A DNA stretch of 64,000 nucleotides from the NCBI GenBank assembly GCA_018780035.1, contig JADMKE010000008.1, forward strand, positions 7,778-71,777, written 5' to 3'. Positions 17,992-27,808 of the stretch are shown here, one piece after another; the stretch's first letter is position 1, and each line of letters starts with the position of its first letter. Under the pieces are notes generated by a model, which made no database searches, was not told the origin of the DNA, and was given only the letters and a program-made list of their open reading frames with translations. The stretch is from Candidatus Sericytochromatia bacterium (GTDB lineage: Bacteria > Cyanobacteriota > Sericytochromatia > UBA7694). A program made the position numbers and the translations under genes.

Positions 17992-20900
17992 CTAAAGCCC
18001 CACTTCGGCCAGCACCGCTTCGACATCATCTTTTGGCACATTCGACTTGCGCCCAGTTAATTTGTCAAAATAGACATAGAGCACAGGCGTGATATACAGC
18101 GTGAGCAATTGGGAGACCACCAAGCCCCCCAACACGGCCAAACCGAGTGAACGGCGTGGCCCTTCGGCCCAGGCAATCGGCAAGGTGCCCATCAGCGCGG
18201 CAAAGGTCGTCATCATAATCGGGCGAAAGCGCACCAAACAGGCCTCATAAATCGCATCTTGGGCAGAGGTATCCTGATTGCGCTGCACTTCCAGGGCAAA
18301 GTCGATCATCATGATGGCGTTCTTTTTGACTATCCCAATCAGCAGGATCAGGCCCAAGAACCCGTAGATATTGAGTTCTTGGTCAAAGAGCATCAACGCA
18401 CCCAAAGCCCCCAGGCCCGCAGGCGGGAGCCCCGAAAGAATCGTGATCGGGTGAATAAAACTCTCATACAAAATCCCCAGCACCAGATAAATCACCAGCA
18501 CCGCCAGCAAAAGCAACCAGCCCAGCCCCTGAAGTGAATCCTGAAAAATCTGGGCCGTGCCCTGAAACTGGGTGCGCACATTGCTCGGAAGGGTTGTGTT
18601 GGCCATCGCTTGAATTTTATTGACGACGTCCCCCAGGGCCACCTCGGGCGGCAAATTAAACGAAATACTGGTCGCCGGAAAGGGCCCCAAATGGTTGACG
18701 GTTAAGGGTCCCACCGTTCGCTCCAATTCGGTGACCGTACTCAGGGGCACCAGCTCGCGACTGGCTGAGCGCACAAAGATCTGATCGAGGGCGTTGAGAT
18801 TGTGTTGGTAGTCTGGACTCAGCTCCATAATCACCTGGTAATCGTTGGTAGGCGCATAAATGGTGGAGATTTGACGGGTGCCAAAAGCACTGCTCAAGGC
18901 GCTTTCAACCTGTTCTTGGGTCAAACCCAAAGCCGAAGCTTTGTCGCGGTTCACCGTCATCATCACCTGGGGGTTTTTGAGTTGCACATCGCTGCTCACA
19001 TCCAGCAGCCCGGGGATTTCCTGCAAGGCCTTTTCCAGCGCTGCTGTGCCTTTGTAGAGGGCATCGGTATCCGGGCTGAGCAAAGTCAGCTGGTAAGCGG
19101 CTTTGCTCGGACGCCCCCCGGTGAGACGAATGCTCTGGGGAATCTGCATAAAGGCCTGAATGCCCGAAATACCCCCCAATTTGGGGCGCAATTCTTTGAC
19201 CACGTCTTCGACATGTTTGCGTTGGCCAGGGGGCTTGAGCACAATAAACATGCGTCCGGAATTGCTGCCATCGATGCTCGACATAACAGCTGCCACATTG
19301 GGATTTTTGCGCACAGTGGCCACAGCTTTGGTCTGAAAGGCCACCATGTCTTTAAACGGGGCCCCTTGCACGGCCTCATAGATGCCCGAAATCTGACCGG
19401 TATCGTCGGTGGGCATAAAGCCTTTGGGGGTTTTGTCAAAGAGCCAGACGGTCAAAGCCGTCAGTCCCAGAAAGACCAAGAGCACCAAGGGTTTCATGCG
19501 CATACACAGCGCCAAACTCATGCGATAGCCCTCATTCATCAGCTTAAAGCCCCACTCAGCAACGGCAATCACAGGGTTTGGTTTGCCATGGTTCAGTTTG
19601 AGATAACGGCTGCAGAGCATCGGCGTGAGGCTGAGAGAGATCGCCCCCGAAACAAGAATGGCCACGGCCATGGTGACCGCAAATTCATTAAAGAGCCGCC
19701 CGAGCAGGCCGCCCATAAACAGAATCGGAATAAACACAGCCGTCAGCGACAGGGTCATCGAAAGAATCGTAAAGCCAATTTCTTGGGTGCCTTTGACGGC
19801 CGCTTCAAAAGGAGACAGGCCCTTTTCGAGGTAGCGCATGATATTTTCAAGCACCACAATCGCATCATCCACGACAAAACCCACGCAGAGCGTCAGGGCC
19901 ATCAGCGAGAGATTGTTGAGACTAAAACCCAAGAGTGCCATTGCGGCAAAGGTGCCCACAATCGCCATCGGCAAGGCCAGAGAGGCAATCCAGGTGGCCG
20001 AAAAGTTGCCCAAAAACAGGTAGATCACCAGCACCACCAAGCCAATGGTCAGCAGCAGAGTAAATTGCACGTCGTCAACCGAATGGCGAATCGATTTGGA
20101 GCGGTCAAAGAGCACGCCGATGGAGACCGCCGGGGGCAGGTCTTTTTGAATCTGGGGCAGCATGGCTTTGATATTGTCGATCAGGCGAATGGTATTGGTG
20201 CCCGGCTGTTTCTGGATCGCGAGCACAATCGCCCGCTGGCCATTAAACCAACTGGCCTGGCGGGTGTTTTCCACACTGTCGATCACCTGGGCCAATTCGC
20301 CGAGATAGACCGGGGCCCCTTCGCGGTAGGCCACCACCAATTTGCTGAAGGCCTCGGCGTTCATCAGAAAATTATTCGATTTAATCGTGTAGTTTTTTTC
20401 GTCGGCAAAAACCGTGCCCATCGGCAGATTGGAATTGCCCTGGCGCACAGCGGCAGCCACTTCGTCGATGCCCAAATTGCGGGCCGTGAGCAAAAGGGGA
20501 TCCAATTGAATCCGCACAGCGTATTTCTGCGAGCCAAAGACATTGACCTGGGCCACGCCATTGATCATGGAGACGCGCTGGGCAATCATTTTGTCGGCAA
20601 ATTCATTGACCTGGTACAGCGGCAGGGTCTTGGAAGAAACTGTTAAAAAAAACACGGGCTGATCGCCCGGATTGACCTTGCGCAAAGTCGGCGGAGCAGG
20701 CAAATTTTGTGGCAATTTGCGAATTGCGGTGGAAATCGCAGCTTGCACGTCTTGGGCGGCGGCATCAATGCTGCGGGAGAGATTAAATTGCAAACTGATC
20801 TGGACTGAACCCAGCGAAGAAGAAGAAGTCATCGAATCAAGCCCGGCAATGCTCGAAAACTCGGCCTCCAGAGGCGTGGCCACAGACGAGGCCATGGTGC

Positions 20901-21069
20901 CCGGATTGGCGCCCGGCAAATTGGCACTGACCGTGATCGTGGGGAACTCGACATTGGGCAAATCGCTGACCGGCAATTGGCGATAGCCCACCAAGCCAAA
21001 GAGCAGCAAACCGAGCATCATCAGGGTCGTGGCAATCGGGCGGCGAATAAAAAACGCGATCGGGTTCAC
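17992..21069 (-). CDS. RND family efflux transporter permease (AcrB/MexB-like)
   Basis: 1025 aa. N-terminus MNPIAFFIRRPIATTLMMLGLLLFGLVGYRQLPVSDLPNVEFPTITVSANLPGANP is canonical for HAE1 RND pumps, with 12 TM helices and two large periplasmic loops. Confidence 0.92.
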   Translation of the reverse strand: MNPIAFFIRRPIATTLMMLGLLLFGLVGYRQLPVSDLPNVEFPTITVSANLPGANPGTMASSVATPLEAEFSSIAGLDSMTSSSSLGSVQISLQFNLSRSIDAAAQDVQAAISTAIRKLPQNLPAPPTLRKVNPGDQPVFFLTVSSKTLPLYQVNEFADKMIAQRVSMINGVAQVNVFGSQKYAVRIQLDPLLLTARNLGIDEVAAAVRQGNSNLPMGTVFADEKNYTIKSNNFLMNAEAFSKLVVAYREGAPVYLGELAQVIDSVENTRQASWFNGQRAIVLAIQKQPGTNTIRLIDNIKAMLPQIQKDLPPAVSIGVLFDRSKSIRHSVDDVQFTLLLTIGLVVLVIYLFLGNFSATWIASLALPMAIVGTFAAMALLGFSLNNLSLMALTLCVGFVVDDAIVVLENIMRYLEKGLSPFEAAVKGTQEIGFTILSMTLSLTAVFIPILFMGGLLGRLFNEFAVTMAVAILVSGAISLSLTPMLCSRYLKLNHGKPNPVIAVAEWGFKLMNEGYRMSLALCMRMKPLVLLVFLGLTALTVWLFDKTPKGFMPTDDTGQISGIYEAVQGAPFKDMVAFQTKAVATVRKNPNVAAVMSSIDGSNSGRMFIVLKPPGQRKHVEDVVKELRPKLGGISGIQAFMQIPQSIRLTGGRPSKAAYQLTLLSPDTDALYKGTAALEKALQEIPGLLDVSSDVQLKNPQVMMTVNRDKASALGLTQEQVESALSSAFGTRQISTIYAPTNDYQVIMELSPDYQHNLNALDQIFVRSASRELVPLSTVTELERTVGPLTVNHLGPFPATSISFNLPPEVALGDVVNKIQAMANTTLPSNVRTQFQGTAQIFQDSLQGLGWLLLLAVLVIYLVLGILYESFIHPITILSGLPPAGLGALGALMLFDQELNIYGFLGLILLIGIVKKNAIMMIDFALEVQRNQDTSAQDAIYEACLVRFRPIMMTTFAALMGTLPIAWAEGPRRSLGLAVLGGLVVSQLLTLYITPVLYVYFDKLTGRKSNVPKDDVEAVLAEVGL

Positions 21070-22427
21070 GGCCTTTGACCTGCATTTTGCTTGGGTTTTT
21101 GGCCCGCAAGTTTAACCGGCGCATCGGGAGAGAGCGCCTGTAAGCCGGTTACAATCACTTTTTGACCCGGTTTTAAACCCTGGCTGATCACCGCTGTACC
21201 GAGCGAAATCCGCGCCACTTTCACCGCTTGCATGCGGGCCTTATCCTGGGCGAAGAGATAGACAAAGTCCCCGCTGGGGCCTTTTTGCACGGCCGCTGCG
21301 GGCACCGTTAAGACCTGGTTTTGCACTCCCAGTCGGGCACTCACAGGCACAAACAAACCCGGCCAGAGGCGGCCATCGCGATTGTCGAAGGTGGCTTTGA
21401 GTGTGACCATGCCCGTGGCTTTGTTGACCTGATTGTCGACAAAGCTCAGCTGCCCCACTTCTTGAAGGTTTTTTTCGCCATTGACCTTGACCTCAGCCGT
21501 CACGGGTACACCCTGCGAACGCAAAGCGGCCTGAAAGGGCTCCAATTCTTTTTCGGGCACAGCAAAACTGACCAGAATCGGCGAGAGGCGTTTGATATTC
21601 ACCAGAACACTGCTATTGGCCACCACATTATTGCCTGCATTGATCAGAATCGGGCCCGTTTTGCCTGAAAGTGGCGCATAAATTTTGCTAAAACCCAATT
21701 GCACCCGGGCCGCAGCCAAACTGGCCAGATCGGCATTGACCGAAGCCATGGCGGTTTGCAAGGCTGCGTGTTCGGCCTGAACCTGGGCCTTGGCATTGAC
21801 CAGCGCAGCCCGATCTGCCACCAGGGTGGCTTCCGCGGTCTGCAGGGTATTCTGTTGCATTTGGAATTGCTGCAGAGCCAGATAGTCTTTGTCCAATAAT
21901 TGTTTGTTGCGGGCCAATTCCAAAGCCGCAAATTCTTTTTGGGCCAAATCCCGTTTGAGATTGGCTTCGGCCACCGCCGTCAGGGTAGAGACCTTGGTCA
22001 GATTGGCTTTGGCCTGTCGCACCATGGCCTGGCTGCGCGACAGCATGGCCTCCAATTGAGATAAATTGGCGGCTTGGAGGCGGGAGTCGAGTTCAAACAA
22101 CAATTGGCCTTTGTGGACAAAAGCCCCCTGGCTAAAATGAACTTTTGTCAGCTGCCCGCTGATTTGGGGCTGTATTGAGACATTTTCCAAGGCCTCCACA
22201 TTGCCAATCGCCTGCTGAATCAGGGGGATATCTGCCAATTGAACAGGAGCCAGGCTCACCGTCACAGGCCTGACTTTTTCTTTTTTGGGATCGCCGCCTT
22301 TGTCTCCAGCAGAAATACCCGGTTTACGCAAAGGCCCCCAGACCGCCAGCGCCCCCACCAAAAGCAGGAGCAAGGCAATCATCAGTGTTCTTCGGCGCAG
22401 CAGCAGTTCTTTGAGCTTCATAGGCAT
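21066..22427 (-). CDS. RND efflux periplasmic adaptor (membrane fusion protein, HlyD/AcrA family)
   Basis: Signal-anchor, long coiled-coil (…LQTAEATLVADRAALVNAKAQVQAEHAALQTA…), beta-barrel and MP domains. Its stop overlaps the RND start by 4 nt. Confidence 0.85.
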   Translation of the reverse strand: MPMKLKELLLRRRTLMIALLLLLVGALAVWGPLRKPGISAGDKGGDPKKEKVRPVTVSLAPVQLADIPLIQQAIGNVEALENVSIQPQISGQLTKVHFSQGAFVHKGQLLFELDSRLQAANLSQLEAMLSRSQAMVRQAKANLTKVSTLTAVAEANLKRDLAQKEFAALELARNKQLLDKDYLALQQFQMQQNTLQTAEATLVADRAALVNAKAQVQAEHAALQTAMASVNADLASLAAARVQLGFSKIYAPLSGKTGPILINAGNNVVANSSVLVNIKRLSPILVSFAVPEKELEPFQAALRSQGVPVTAEVKVNGEKNLQEVGQLSFVDNQVNKATGMVTLKATFDNRDGRLWPGLFVPVSARLGVQNQVLTVPAAAVQKGPSGDFVYLFAQDKARMQAVKVARISLGTAVISQGLKPGQKVIVTGLQALSPDAPVKLAGQKPKQNAGQRP

Positions 22428-22428
22428 C

Positions 22429-22923
22429 CTATATTTCGGTTTCGGCTAATTGATTGCCCAGTTCGGGATGGGTCTGAGAGACCATGCGGGCCAGCAGACC
22501 CAGGCCCTTTTCCAGGGATTGGAGTTCGTCTTCGGAAAATTGGCTCATTTGGGCCACGAGATGGGTTTTTAAATAGTCTTTGGCCTGTTTGTATGCACTC
22601 AGGCCTTGCGGGCTGATGGCCAATTGGATTTCGCGGCGGGAATGTGGGTTAACACGGCGTTCCAAAAGGCCCTGTTCGACCAATTGCTCCACGCGGATCG
22701 AAGCCGTGGCTTTGTGAATGCCAAGATCATCCGCCAGACACTGCAGCGAAAGACCCGGAAAACGGAAAACCCGCGCCAAAATCCGAATTTCGTTGATATT
22801 TAAGGTACCTGCTGGAGCGGCCTTGAGCAGACCACGCAAATAATAGCGCAACCAAGGCAAGAGCGTCTGCAAATTGGAGGCACATCTGTTTTGAAGGGTG
22901 TTTTGCGTCATATTTTGTGTCAT
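22429..22923 (-). CDS. MarR family transcriptional regulator
   Basis: Winged HTH segment LSLQCLADDLGIHKATASIRVEQLVEQGLLERRVNPHSRREIQLAISPQG. Located immediately upstream of the efflux operon on the same strand. Confidence 0.8.
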   Translation of the reverse strand: MTQNMTQNTLQNRCASNLQTLLPWLRYYLRGLLKAAPAGTLNINEIRILARVFRFPGLSLQCLADDLGIHKATASIRVEQLVEQGLLERRVNPHSRREIQLAISPQGLSAYKQAKDYLKTHLVAQMSQFSEDELQSLEKGLGLLARMVSQTHPELGNQLAETEI

Positions 22924-23010
22924 AAATGGCTGTCCTTTTCGAAAGTTAGCACAGCAAACAGTTTTATGTCAAAACAATTGCTCAAGCACCCAACGCAGTC
23001 TGTAGCGACG

Positions 23011-24114
23011 TTACTCGTCGCCGAGGCAAATGCCTATATCTCGGGCAGAAAGGATGGTGTCTGAGTCCAAGGGCACCTGTTTCATGCGCGAGAGGGCGTC
23101 TTCGAGATGCACGTATTTGACCGTGGGCGGATCCAAAGCGACCATATGGCCAAATTTTTCCTCTTCCACTGCCCGCACCGCAGCAGCCCCGAAGCGCGTC
23201 GCGACCAAACGGTCAAAGGTCGTGGGAGAGCCCCCCCGCTGCAAATGGCCGAGCACCACAAAACGGGTGTCGTTGCCTGTGCGCTCTTTGATTTGCTGAG
23301 CCACATGTTCGCCCAAGCCACCGAGTAATACTTCCTGGCGGCCATCCACGGCCCCCCCTTTGACACTGAGCCCGCCGCCTTTGGGAATGGCCCCTTCGGC
23401 GACCACCACAATGCCATAGTCTTTTTTCTGCAGCTTGCCTTCCATCAGGCGGCGGCAGACGACATCGATATCGTAGGGAATTTCGGGAATCAAAATCACG
23501 TCAGCGGCCCCACTGATCCCAGCATTGAGGGCAATCCAACCGGCATACCGCCCCATCACTTCGACCACCATGATTCGGCCATGGGCTTTGGCGGTGGTGT
23601 GCAATTTATCCAATGCTTCAGTGGCCGTTGTGACCGCTGTATCAAAGCCAAAGGTGACAACCGTTGAAGAGAGATCGTTGTCGATGGTTTTGGGCACACC
23701 AATCACGGGAATGCCCTTCTGATGCAATTGGTAGCCAATGGCCAAACTGCCATCGCCCCCGACACAAATCAGGGCATTCAAATTCAGGGCTTTAAAATTG
23801 CTGACAATCCGATCGCTGATATCCCGCACTTCGATCTCACCGGCGGCGTTGGTCACAGGCATTTCAAAGGGATTGCCTTTATTGGTGGTGCCAATCAAGG
23901 TGCCACCAAGGGGCAAAATATCGCGCACCAGGGCCGGGGTCAAATGGGTGATCTCTTCGGTATCCAGCAAACCGCGATAGCCGTCATGAATGCCGTAAAC
24001 CTCCCAGCCACGGTTATAGGCGCTCAAAACCACAGCCCGAATCACACCGTTCAGGCCAGGCGCGTCACCGCCGCCGGTATTAATTGCAATGCGTTTGGTG
24101 TTTCGGTAAGCCAT
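23011..24114 (-). CDS. pfkA: ATP-dependent 6-phosphofructokinase
   Basis: Motifs NTGGGDAPGLNGVIRAVV, GGDGS (Gly, not Asp, favouring ATP-dependence), PKTIDNDL and MGRYAGWIAL. Size is 367 aa. Confidence 0.9.
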   Translation of the reverse strand: MAYRNTKRIAINTGGGDAPGLNGVIRAVVLSAYNRGWEVYGIHDGYRGLLDTEEITHLTPALVRDILPLGGTLIGTTNKGNPFEMPVTNAAGEIEVRDISDRIVSNFKALNLNALICVGGDGSLAIGYQLHQKGIPVIGVPKTIDNDLSSTVVTFGFDTAVTTATEALDKLHTTAKAHGRIMVVEVMGRYAGWIALNAGISGAADVILIPEIPYDIDVVCRRLMEGKLQKKDYGIVVVAEGAIPKGGGLSVKGGAVDGRQEVLLGGLGEHVAQQIKERTGNDTRFVVLGHLQRGGSPTTFDRLVATRFGAAAVRAVEEEKFGHMVALDPPTVKYVHLEDALSRMKQVPLDSDTILSARDIGICLGDE

Positions 24115-24264
24115 GATTTTCCCCTTGTCTGGATATAGATTTCAACAATTGGAGTGAGCATAACAGATTTTGGGGGCAGTTGCATTGAGTAAGATCAGTT
24201 GATCTTTGATTCGCAAAGAACCTGCTGAAACTAAAATATTTTCACAAAACCACCCCCCTATCCC

Positions 24265-24293
24265 TTGACGTTATCTTAAACATAATTTAATAT
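24265..24293 (+). promoter_or_regulatory. Strong sigma70-type promoter driving the candidate ncRNA
   Basis: -35 TTGACG (24265-24270), 17-nt spacer, -10 TAATAT (24288-24293). Predicted TSS ~24300. Confidence 0.45.
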
Positions 24294-24299
24294 GAATAT

Positions 24300-25067
24300 T
24301 ACGAACTCCGAGTGAGCTTAAACAAAGCGTCACGAATGGTCTGGGTGAAACTCCCAGCCGCAACCCCAGGAGGGAAGGCAGCGTTCGTCTTTTGGCAACA
24401 AAGGGCGTTTAAAAGCAAGCCTATCTGCTCAGTGAGAGTTAAGACCTTGAAGTCGGGTCCGCAAGGATAACGGCAAGAAGGGAGTCCCGCAGAAGTGTGG
24501 GAGCAGCTCTGAGCAGGGAGAAATCCCTGGAGGGAAAAACTCAGGAGGGTCAAGTTCGGATGGCAACATCTGGAACACTGCCACAAGGGAAAAAATCCCT
24601 GAAGCCGTTGAAACGGCAAGAGGGACAGGCGCCGGTAACGGTGGCCGATCGGGTGGCGGGGCAAAGCCCTGAAGAGTGAAGTACAGGAGGGGATCGGGTT
24701 TCTGGTTGGGTTTCGGCCTTGCGAGAAGCAACGGATCCGGTTCGGGTGAAAAGCCTTGAAGCTGTCAAAACAGCACGAAGGCCAAGGCAAGGGAAGCCGA
24801 AAGGTTTGTTTTGCACACACGGGCCGGGGGAAAACCCCTGTAGTACCCAGAGGAAGTCTGGAGGAGGACCTGTACCGCAAGGTGCGGGTAGCCGTGTTCG
24901 GAAGCGCGGGCTGAAAGGCCCGATGTCAGGTGCGCTGAAGGTGTTAAAACGCCAAGAGTGCAACCGGGAAACCTGAGAGGGACCTTCCCGCCGATCAACG
25001 GTAAAGACTCCATGAGACGGTCAAGGACGCACGAAGTTTAAGTTCGCCGGGGTTCTTCCCCTTTTTT
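24300..25067 (+). ncRNA. Candidate large structured ncRNA or long leader (~770 nt) built from >=6 degenerate modules of a GNRA-capped hairpin followed by CCCTGAAG
   Basis: The 1.1-kb gap between pfkA and the next gene has no credible ORF. Hairpins: CAGGGA-GAAA-TCCCTG (24514-24529), AGGGA-AAAAA-TCCCT (24586-24600), GGGGC-AAA-GCCCT (24658-24670), CGGGGG-AAAA-CCCCTG (24826-24841) and CGGGC-TGAAAG-GCCCG (24907-24922). Each is followed by (C)CCTGAAG/TGGAG/TGTAG. Additional GCAA and GUAA tetraloops are present. It is bounded by a promoter and an intrinsic terminator. Confidence 0.4.
25046..25067 (+). terminator. Intrinsic terminator at the 3' end of the candidate ncRNA
   Basis: GC stem GGGG-TTCTT-CCCC (25049-25061), extendable by CC/GG, followed by TTTTTT (25062-25067). 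Confidence 0.4.
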
Positions 25068-25205
25068 GCTCCAGCAAACGCACTGTCTTTTTCTTGGTTA
25101 AGAAAAGGTTATATTTCTGTATTATTTTATTTAATCTAACTTCATTTTTCCGCTCTGGCTGGCTACAATACAAGTGGAAGAATTTAACCGTTAAGGGATA
25201 AGACC

Positions 25206-26228
25206 TTGTTGAGCCGTTTCTTAAGCAAAAAGCTGTGTCTGGCACTGTCTTGTGTGCCCCTCCTGCTGGTAGGTTGTCAATCTACTGCGCCGCTGGGGGC
25301 TGTCTCTTTTCGTACCCAGGCCACGGCCAGCCCGCCGCGTGAGGCCCTGTTCAACCAACCCGCAGCAGCCCCGTTTATTTTCAAAAGCCGCCAAGGTTTA
25401 CTTTTGGCCTATCGTGGCCTGCAGGCTGACAGCCGCCAAATTTACGTGCGCCGCTCCCGCGATGGCCAGAGCTGGGACAGCCCCGTTCAGGTCAGCCACA
25501 ACAATCTCTCGGTCAGCCACCCCCAAATAGTTGAAGAGGCCTCCGGTAAACTCAAGCTCTTTTATCACAGCAATCAAAGTGAATCTTGGCAGCTCTATGT
25601 CTCTGAATCCAGCGATGCACAAACCTGGACCCCTCCCCGCAAAGTAGACTTGCCCGAAAGCCAAATTTCAGACTCCAGCCTTTTTTACAGCAACAAAGAA
25701 TATTTGCTCTGCTACCAGGCCTTTGGGGGCGGACTCTTTTTAACCCGTTCAAGCGACGGCCAACGTTGGGGACAACCGACTCAGATTTCAGAGAGCGGCG
25801 AAGCTCCCTCTCTGGTGCGCACAGCCCAGGGGCATTACGCCTTGGCCTATGAGGGCCCCACCGACACAGGCTGGACGATCTACCTCTCCAGCAGCAGCGA
25901 TCTCAAACAGTGGAGTGCCCCACAGGCACTGGGCCAAGAGCTGGGAGAAAACAGCCGCTCACGCTGGGGCCGTTTGGTCTCTGGCAGCAAAGGCACCACT
26001 TTGGTTTTTTCAAGCCAGACTGAAAGCGGCGCCTGGGAGCTCTACAAACGCAGTTCCAGCGACCTACAGGCCTGGAGCGCCCCCAAACAATTGACCCAAA
26101 ACGGGCTGCGCAATGTCAATCCCCAACTGGCACCGGCCTCCAGCTCTTCGGCCTATCTGGCCTGGGAACTCTCCCAGCCAGAATCACCGGCAGTGTCTCA
26201 TCTTACAGTGCAACAGCTCCAGTTTTAG
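25206..26228 (+). CDS. BNR/Asp-box repeat (sialidase-like beta-propeller) lipoprotein
   Basis: Lipobox LLLVGCQS. Five or more S-x-D-x-x-x-W repeats (SRDGQSWDSP, SSDAQTWTPP, SSDGQRWGQP, SSSDLKQWSAP, SSSDLQAWSAP). Confidence 0.75.
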   Translation: MLSRFLSKKLCLALSCVPLLLVGCQSTAPLGAVSFRTQATASPPREALFNQPAAAPFIFKSRQGLLLAYRGLQADSRQIYVRRSRDGQSWDSPVQVSHNNLSVSHPQIVEEASGKLKLFYHSNQSESWQLYVSESSDAQTWTPPRKVDLPESQISDSSLFYSNKEYLLCYQAFGGGLFLTRSSDGQRWGQPTQISESGEAPSLVRTAQGHYALAYEGPTDTGWTIYLSSSSDLKQWSAPQALGQELGENSRSRWGRLVSGSKGTTLVFSSQTESGAWELYKRSSSDLQAWSAPKQLTQNGLRNVNPQLAPASSSSAYLAWELSQPESPAVSHLTVQQLQF

Positions 26229-27247
26229 CCTGGGCTGAGTTGCTTTAAGACACCGGCTTGTAGCTCTTCGCGCTTAAAAATCCCCCGATCCGTCACCAGT
26301 GCCGTCACCAATTCTACGGGTGTGACGTCAAAGGCCGGATTGTAAACGGGTGCTTCGTGGGGGGCCCAACTCAGGGCCCCGGTATGCTGGACCAGCCCCC
26401 GCACTTCTTCTGCTCCCCGCTGTTCAATCGGAATGGCGCTGCCATCAGCCGCCTGAAAATCCAAGGTGGAATAAGGCGCCACCGGATAAAAGGGCAAGTG
26501 GTGGTAAAAGGCGTTAACCGCCACGTTATACGTGCCAATTTTATTGGCAAAATCCCCATTCAAAGCCACCCGATCGGCCCCCAGAAAAACCTTGTGAATG
26601 GCGCCCTGGCGCATCAGCATCGCTGCCATATTGTCGCAGATCAGGGTATAGGGAATGCCCCATTTGCTCAGCTCCCAGGCGGTCAAACGGGCACCCTGCA
26701 ACAGGGGGCGGGTTTCGTCGACATAGACATGCAGCTTTTTGCCAGCAGCCCAAGCGGTGTAAATCACCCCCAAAGCAGTGCCAATGCCCGCCGTGGCCAA
26801 GCCTCCGCTATTGCAATGGGTCAAAATATGATCGCCCTCTGCGATCAACTCAGCGCCCATTTCTCCCATTTGGGCACAGAGGCGCTGGTCTTCTTCAAAA
26901 ATCGCCACCGCCTCAGCTTGCAAGCGCTCAGGTTCTGCACAGAGCGGCAAGAGCCGATCAATGGCCCACATCAAATTCACTGCCGTTGGACGGCTCTGAC
27001 GCAGCTGAAGCGCCAAAGAACGCAAGGCAGCAGGGTCTGTTTGCTTTTGGCTAAAACAGGCCAAAGACAGGGCTGCTGCCACGCCAATTAAAGGCGCTCC
27101 CCGCACTTTGAGGGCCTTGATCGCGGCAATCATGGCTGCGGGGTCGGTGGCATCCAACCAGAGTTCGCCATGGGGCAGGGCCTGCTGATCCAATAAAAAA
27201 AGGCGATCGTGCTCCAACTTCAAAGCCCGTGAGTTGAGGTTTTTCAT
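26225..27247 (-). CDS. mtnA: S-methyl-5-thioribose-1-phosphate isomerase (eIF-2B-like family)
   Basis: 340 aa. Motifs VRGAPLIGVAAALSLA, HCNSGGLATAG, and C-terminal GADRVALNGDFANKIGTYNVAVNAFYHHLPFYPVAPYST typical of MtnA. Confidence 0.85.
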   Translation of the reverse strand: MKNLNSRALKLEHDRLFLLDQQALPHGELWLDATDPAAMIAAIKALKVRGAPLIGVAAALSLACFSQKQTDPAALRSLALQLRQSRPTAVNLMWAIDRLLPLCAEPERLQAEAVAIFEEDQRLCAQMGEMGAELIAEGDHILTHCNSGGLATAGIGTALGVIYTAWAAGKKLHVYVDETRPLLQGARLTAWELSKWGIPYTLICDNMAAMLMRQGAIHKVFLGADRVALNGDFANKIGTYNVAVNAFYHHLPFYPVAPYSTLDFQAADGSAIPIEQRGAEEVRGLVQHTGALSWAPHEAPVYNPAFDVTPVELVTALVTDRGIFKREELQAGVLKQLSPG

Positions 27248-27255
27248 AATGACTC

Positions 27256-27726
27256 CTAAGGGTTATTTTCCAATAGTTTCAGCAGGCGTTTCAAAAGATG
27301 TTGTAAATACTGCATATCTTCTTTGCCAAAAGACTGGGCCAGGTCTTTTTCCATGGTTTGCAATAACTCCAAACCTTGGAATAAAGCAGCACGTCCTGCT
27401 GGGCTAAAACACACCCGCCGAGCCCTTCTGTCATCTGGATCTGCTTGCATTTCTACCAGACCCAAACTTTCCATTTCTTTGACCAATTGGCTGGTGGCCT
27501 GTTTGCTGATACCCAAACGGCTGCTCAACTCTGTAATCCGGGTGCCCTCCAGATCCAAATGAGGCAAAAGCGCAGTATGCGCCAGACGAAATGGCTGGCC
27601 CCCTGTCTGCTGCTGGATTTTTTCGATCGCCTGGCTACTCCAAAGCCGCGCAGCCTTAAAAAGCAATTGGGCGACACTGGCTTGTTTGGCTGCTTCAAGC
27701 TGGGCCTTGAAGATCTCTTCTTGCAT
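27256..27726 (-). CDS. MarR family transcriptional regulator
   Basis: wHTH segment ELSSRLGISKQATSQLVKEMESLGLVEMQADPDDRRARRVCFSPAGR. Confidence 0.75.
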   Translation of the reverse strand: MQEEIFKAQLEAAKQASVAQLLFKAARLWSSQAIEKIQQQTGGQPFRLAHTALLPHLDLEGTRITELSSRLGISKQATSQLVKEMESLGLVEMQADPDDRRARRVCFSPAGRAALFQGLELLQTMEKDLAQSFGKEDMQYLQHLLKRLLKLLENNP

Positions 27727-27808
27727 TTAGTAAACCTGCTTGACTAATTCGGGGTGATGGTTCAAACTAAATAGTAAACCTACTTGACCAAGTAGCGCAA
27801 GCGAAAGG

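Noticed and set aside
18802-20646. 614-aa plus-strand ORF
   Set aside because: Entirely inside and antisense to the RND permease gene. His/Arg/Gly/Gln-rich nonsense composition.
24500-24960. Possible CRISPR array
   Set aside because: The repeats are degenerate (not identical), the spacing is irregular and each unit contains the conserved element itself. No cas genes are nearby.
24299-24976. Minus-strand ORFs (193 and 137 aa) and plus-strand 60/85-aa ORFs that seem to encode a repetitive KSLE…KRQEGQ peptide
   Set aside because: The minus-strand products are Cys/Pro/Arg/Ser-rich. The plus-strand repeat spacing (72, 70, 87, 82, 97 nt) is not a multiple of three, so the peptide-like repetition is a by-product of repeated RNA hairpin modules. 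The region is interpreted as a non-coding RNA.
25046-25067. tRNA-like T-arm (GGGGTTCTTCCCC) at the 3' end of the ncRNA, suggesting tmRNA or a tRNA
   Set aside because: The loop is 5 nt rather than the 7-nt TPsiC loop. No acceptor stem or CCA context is present. It is followed by a T6 run, so it is a terminator.
26357-27091. 244-aa plus-strand ORF
   Set aside because: Antisense to mtnA, which carries clear family motifs.
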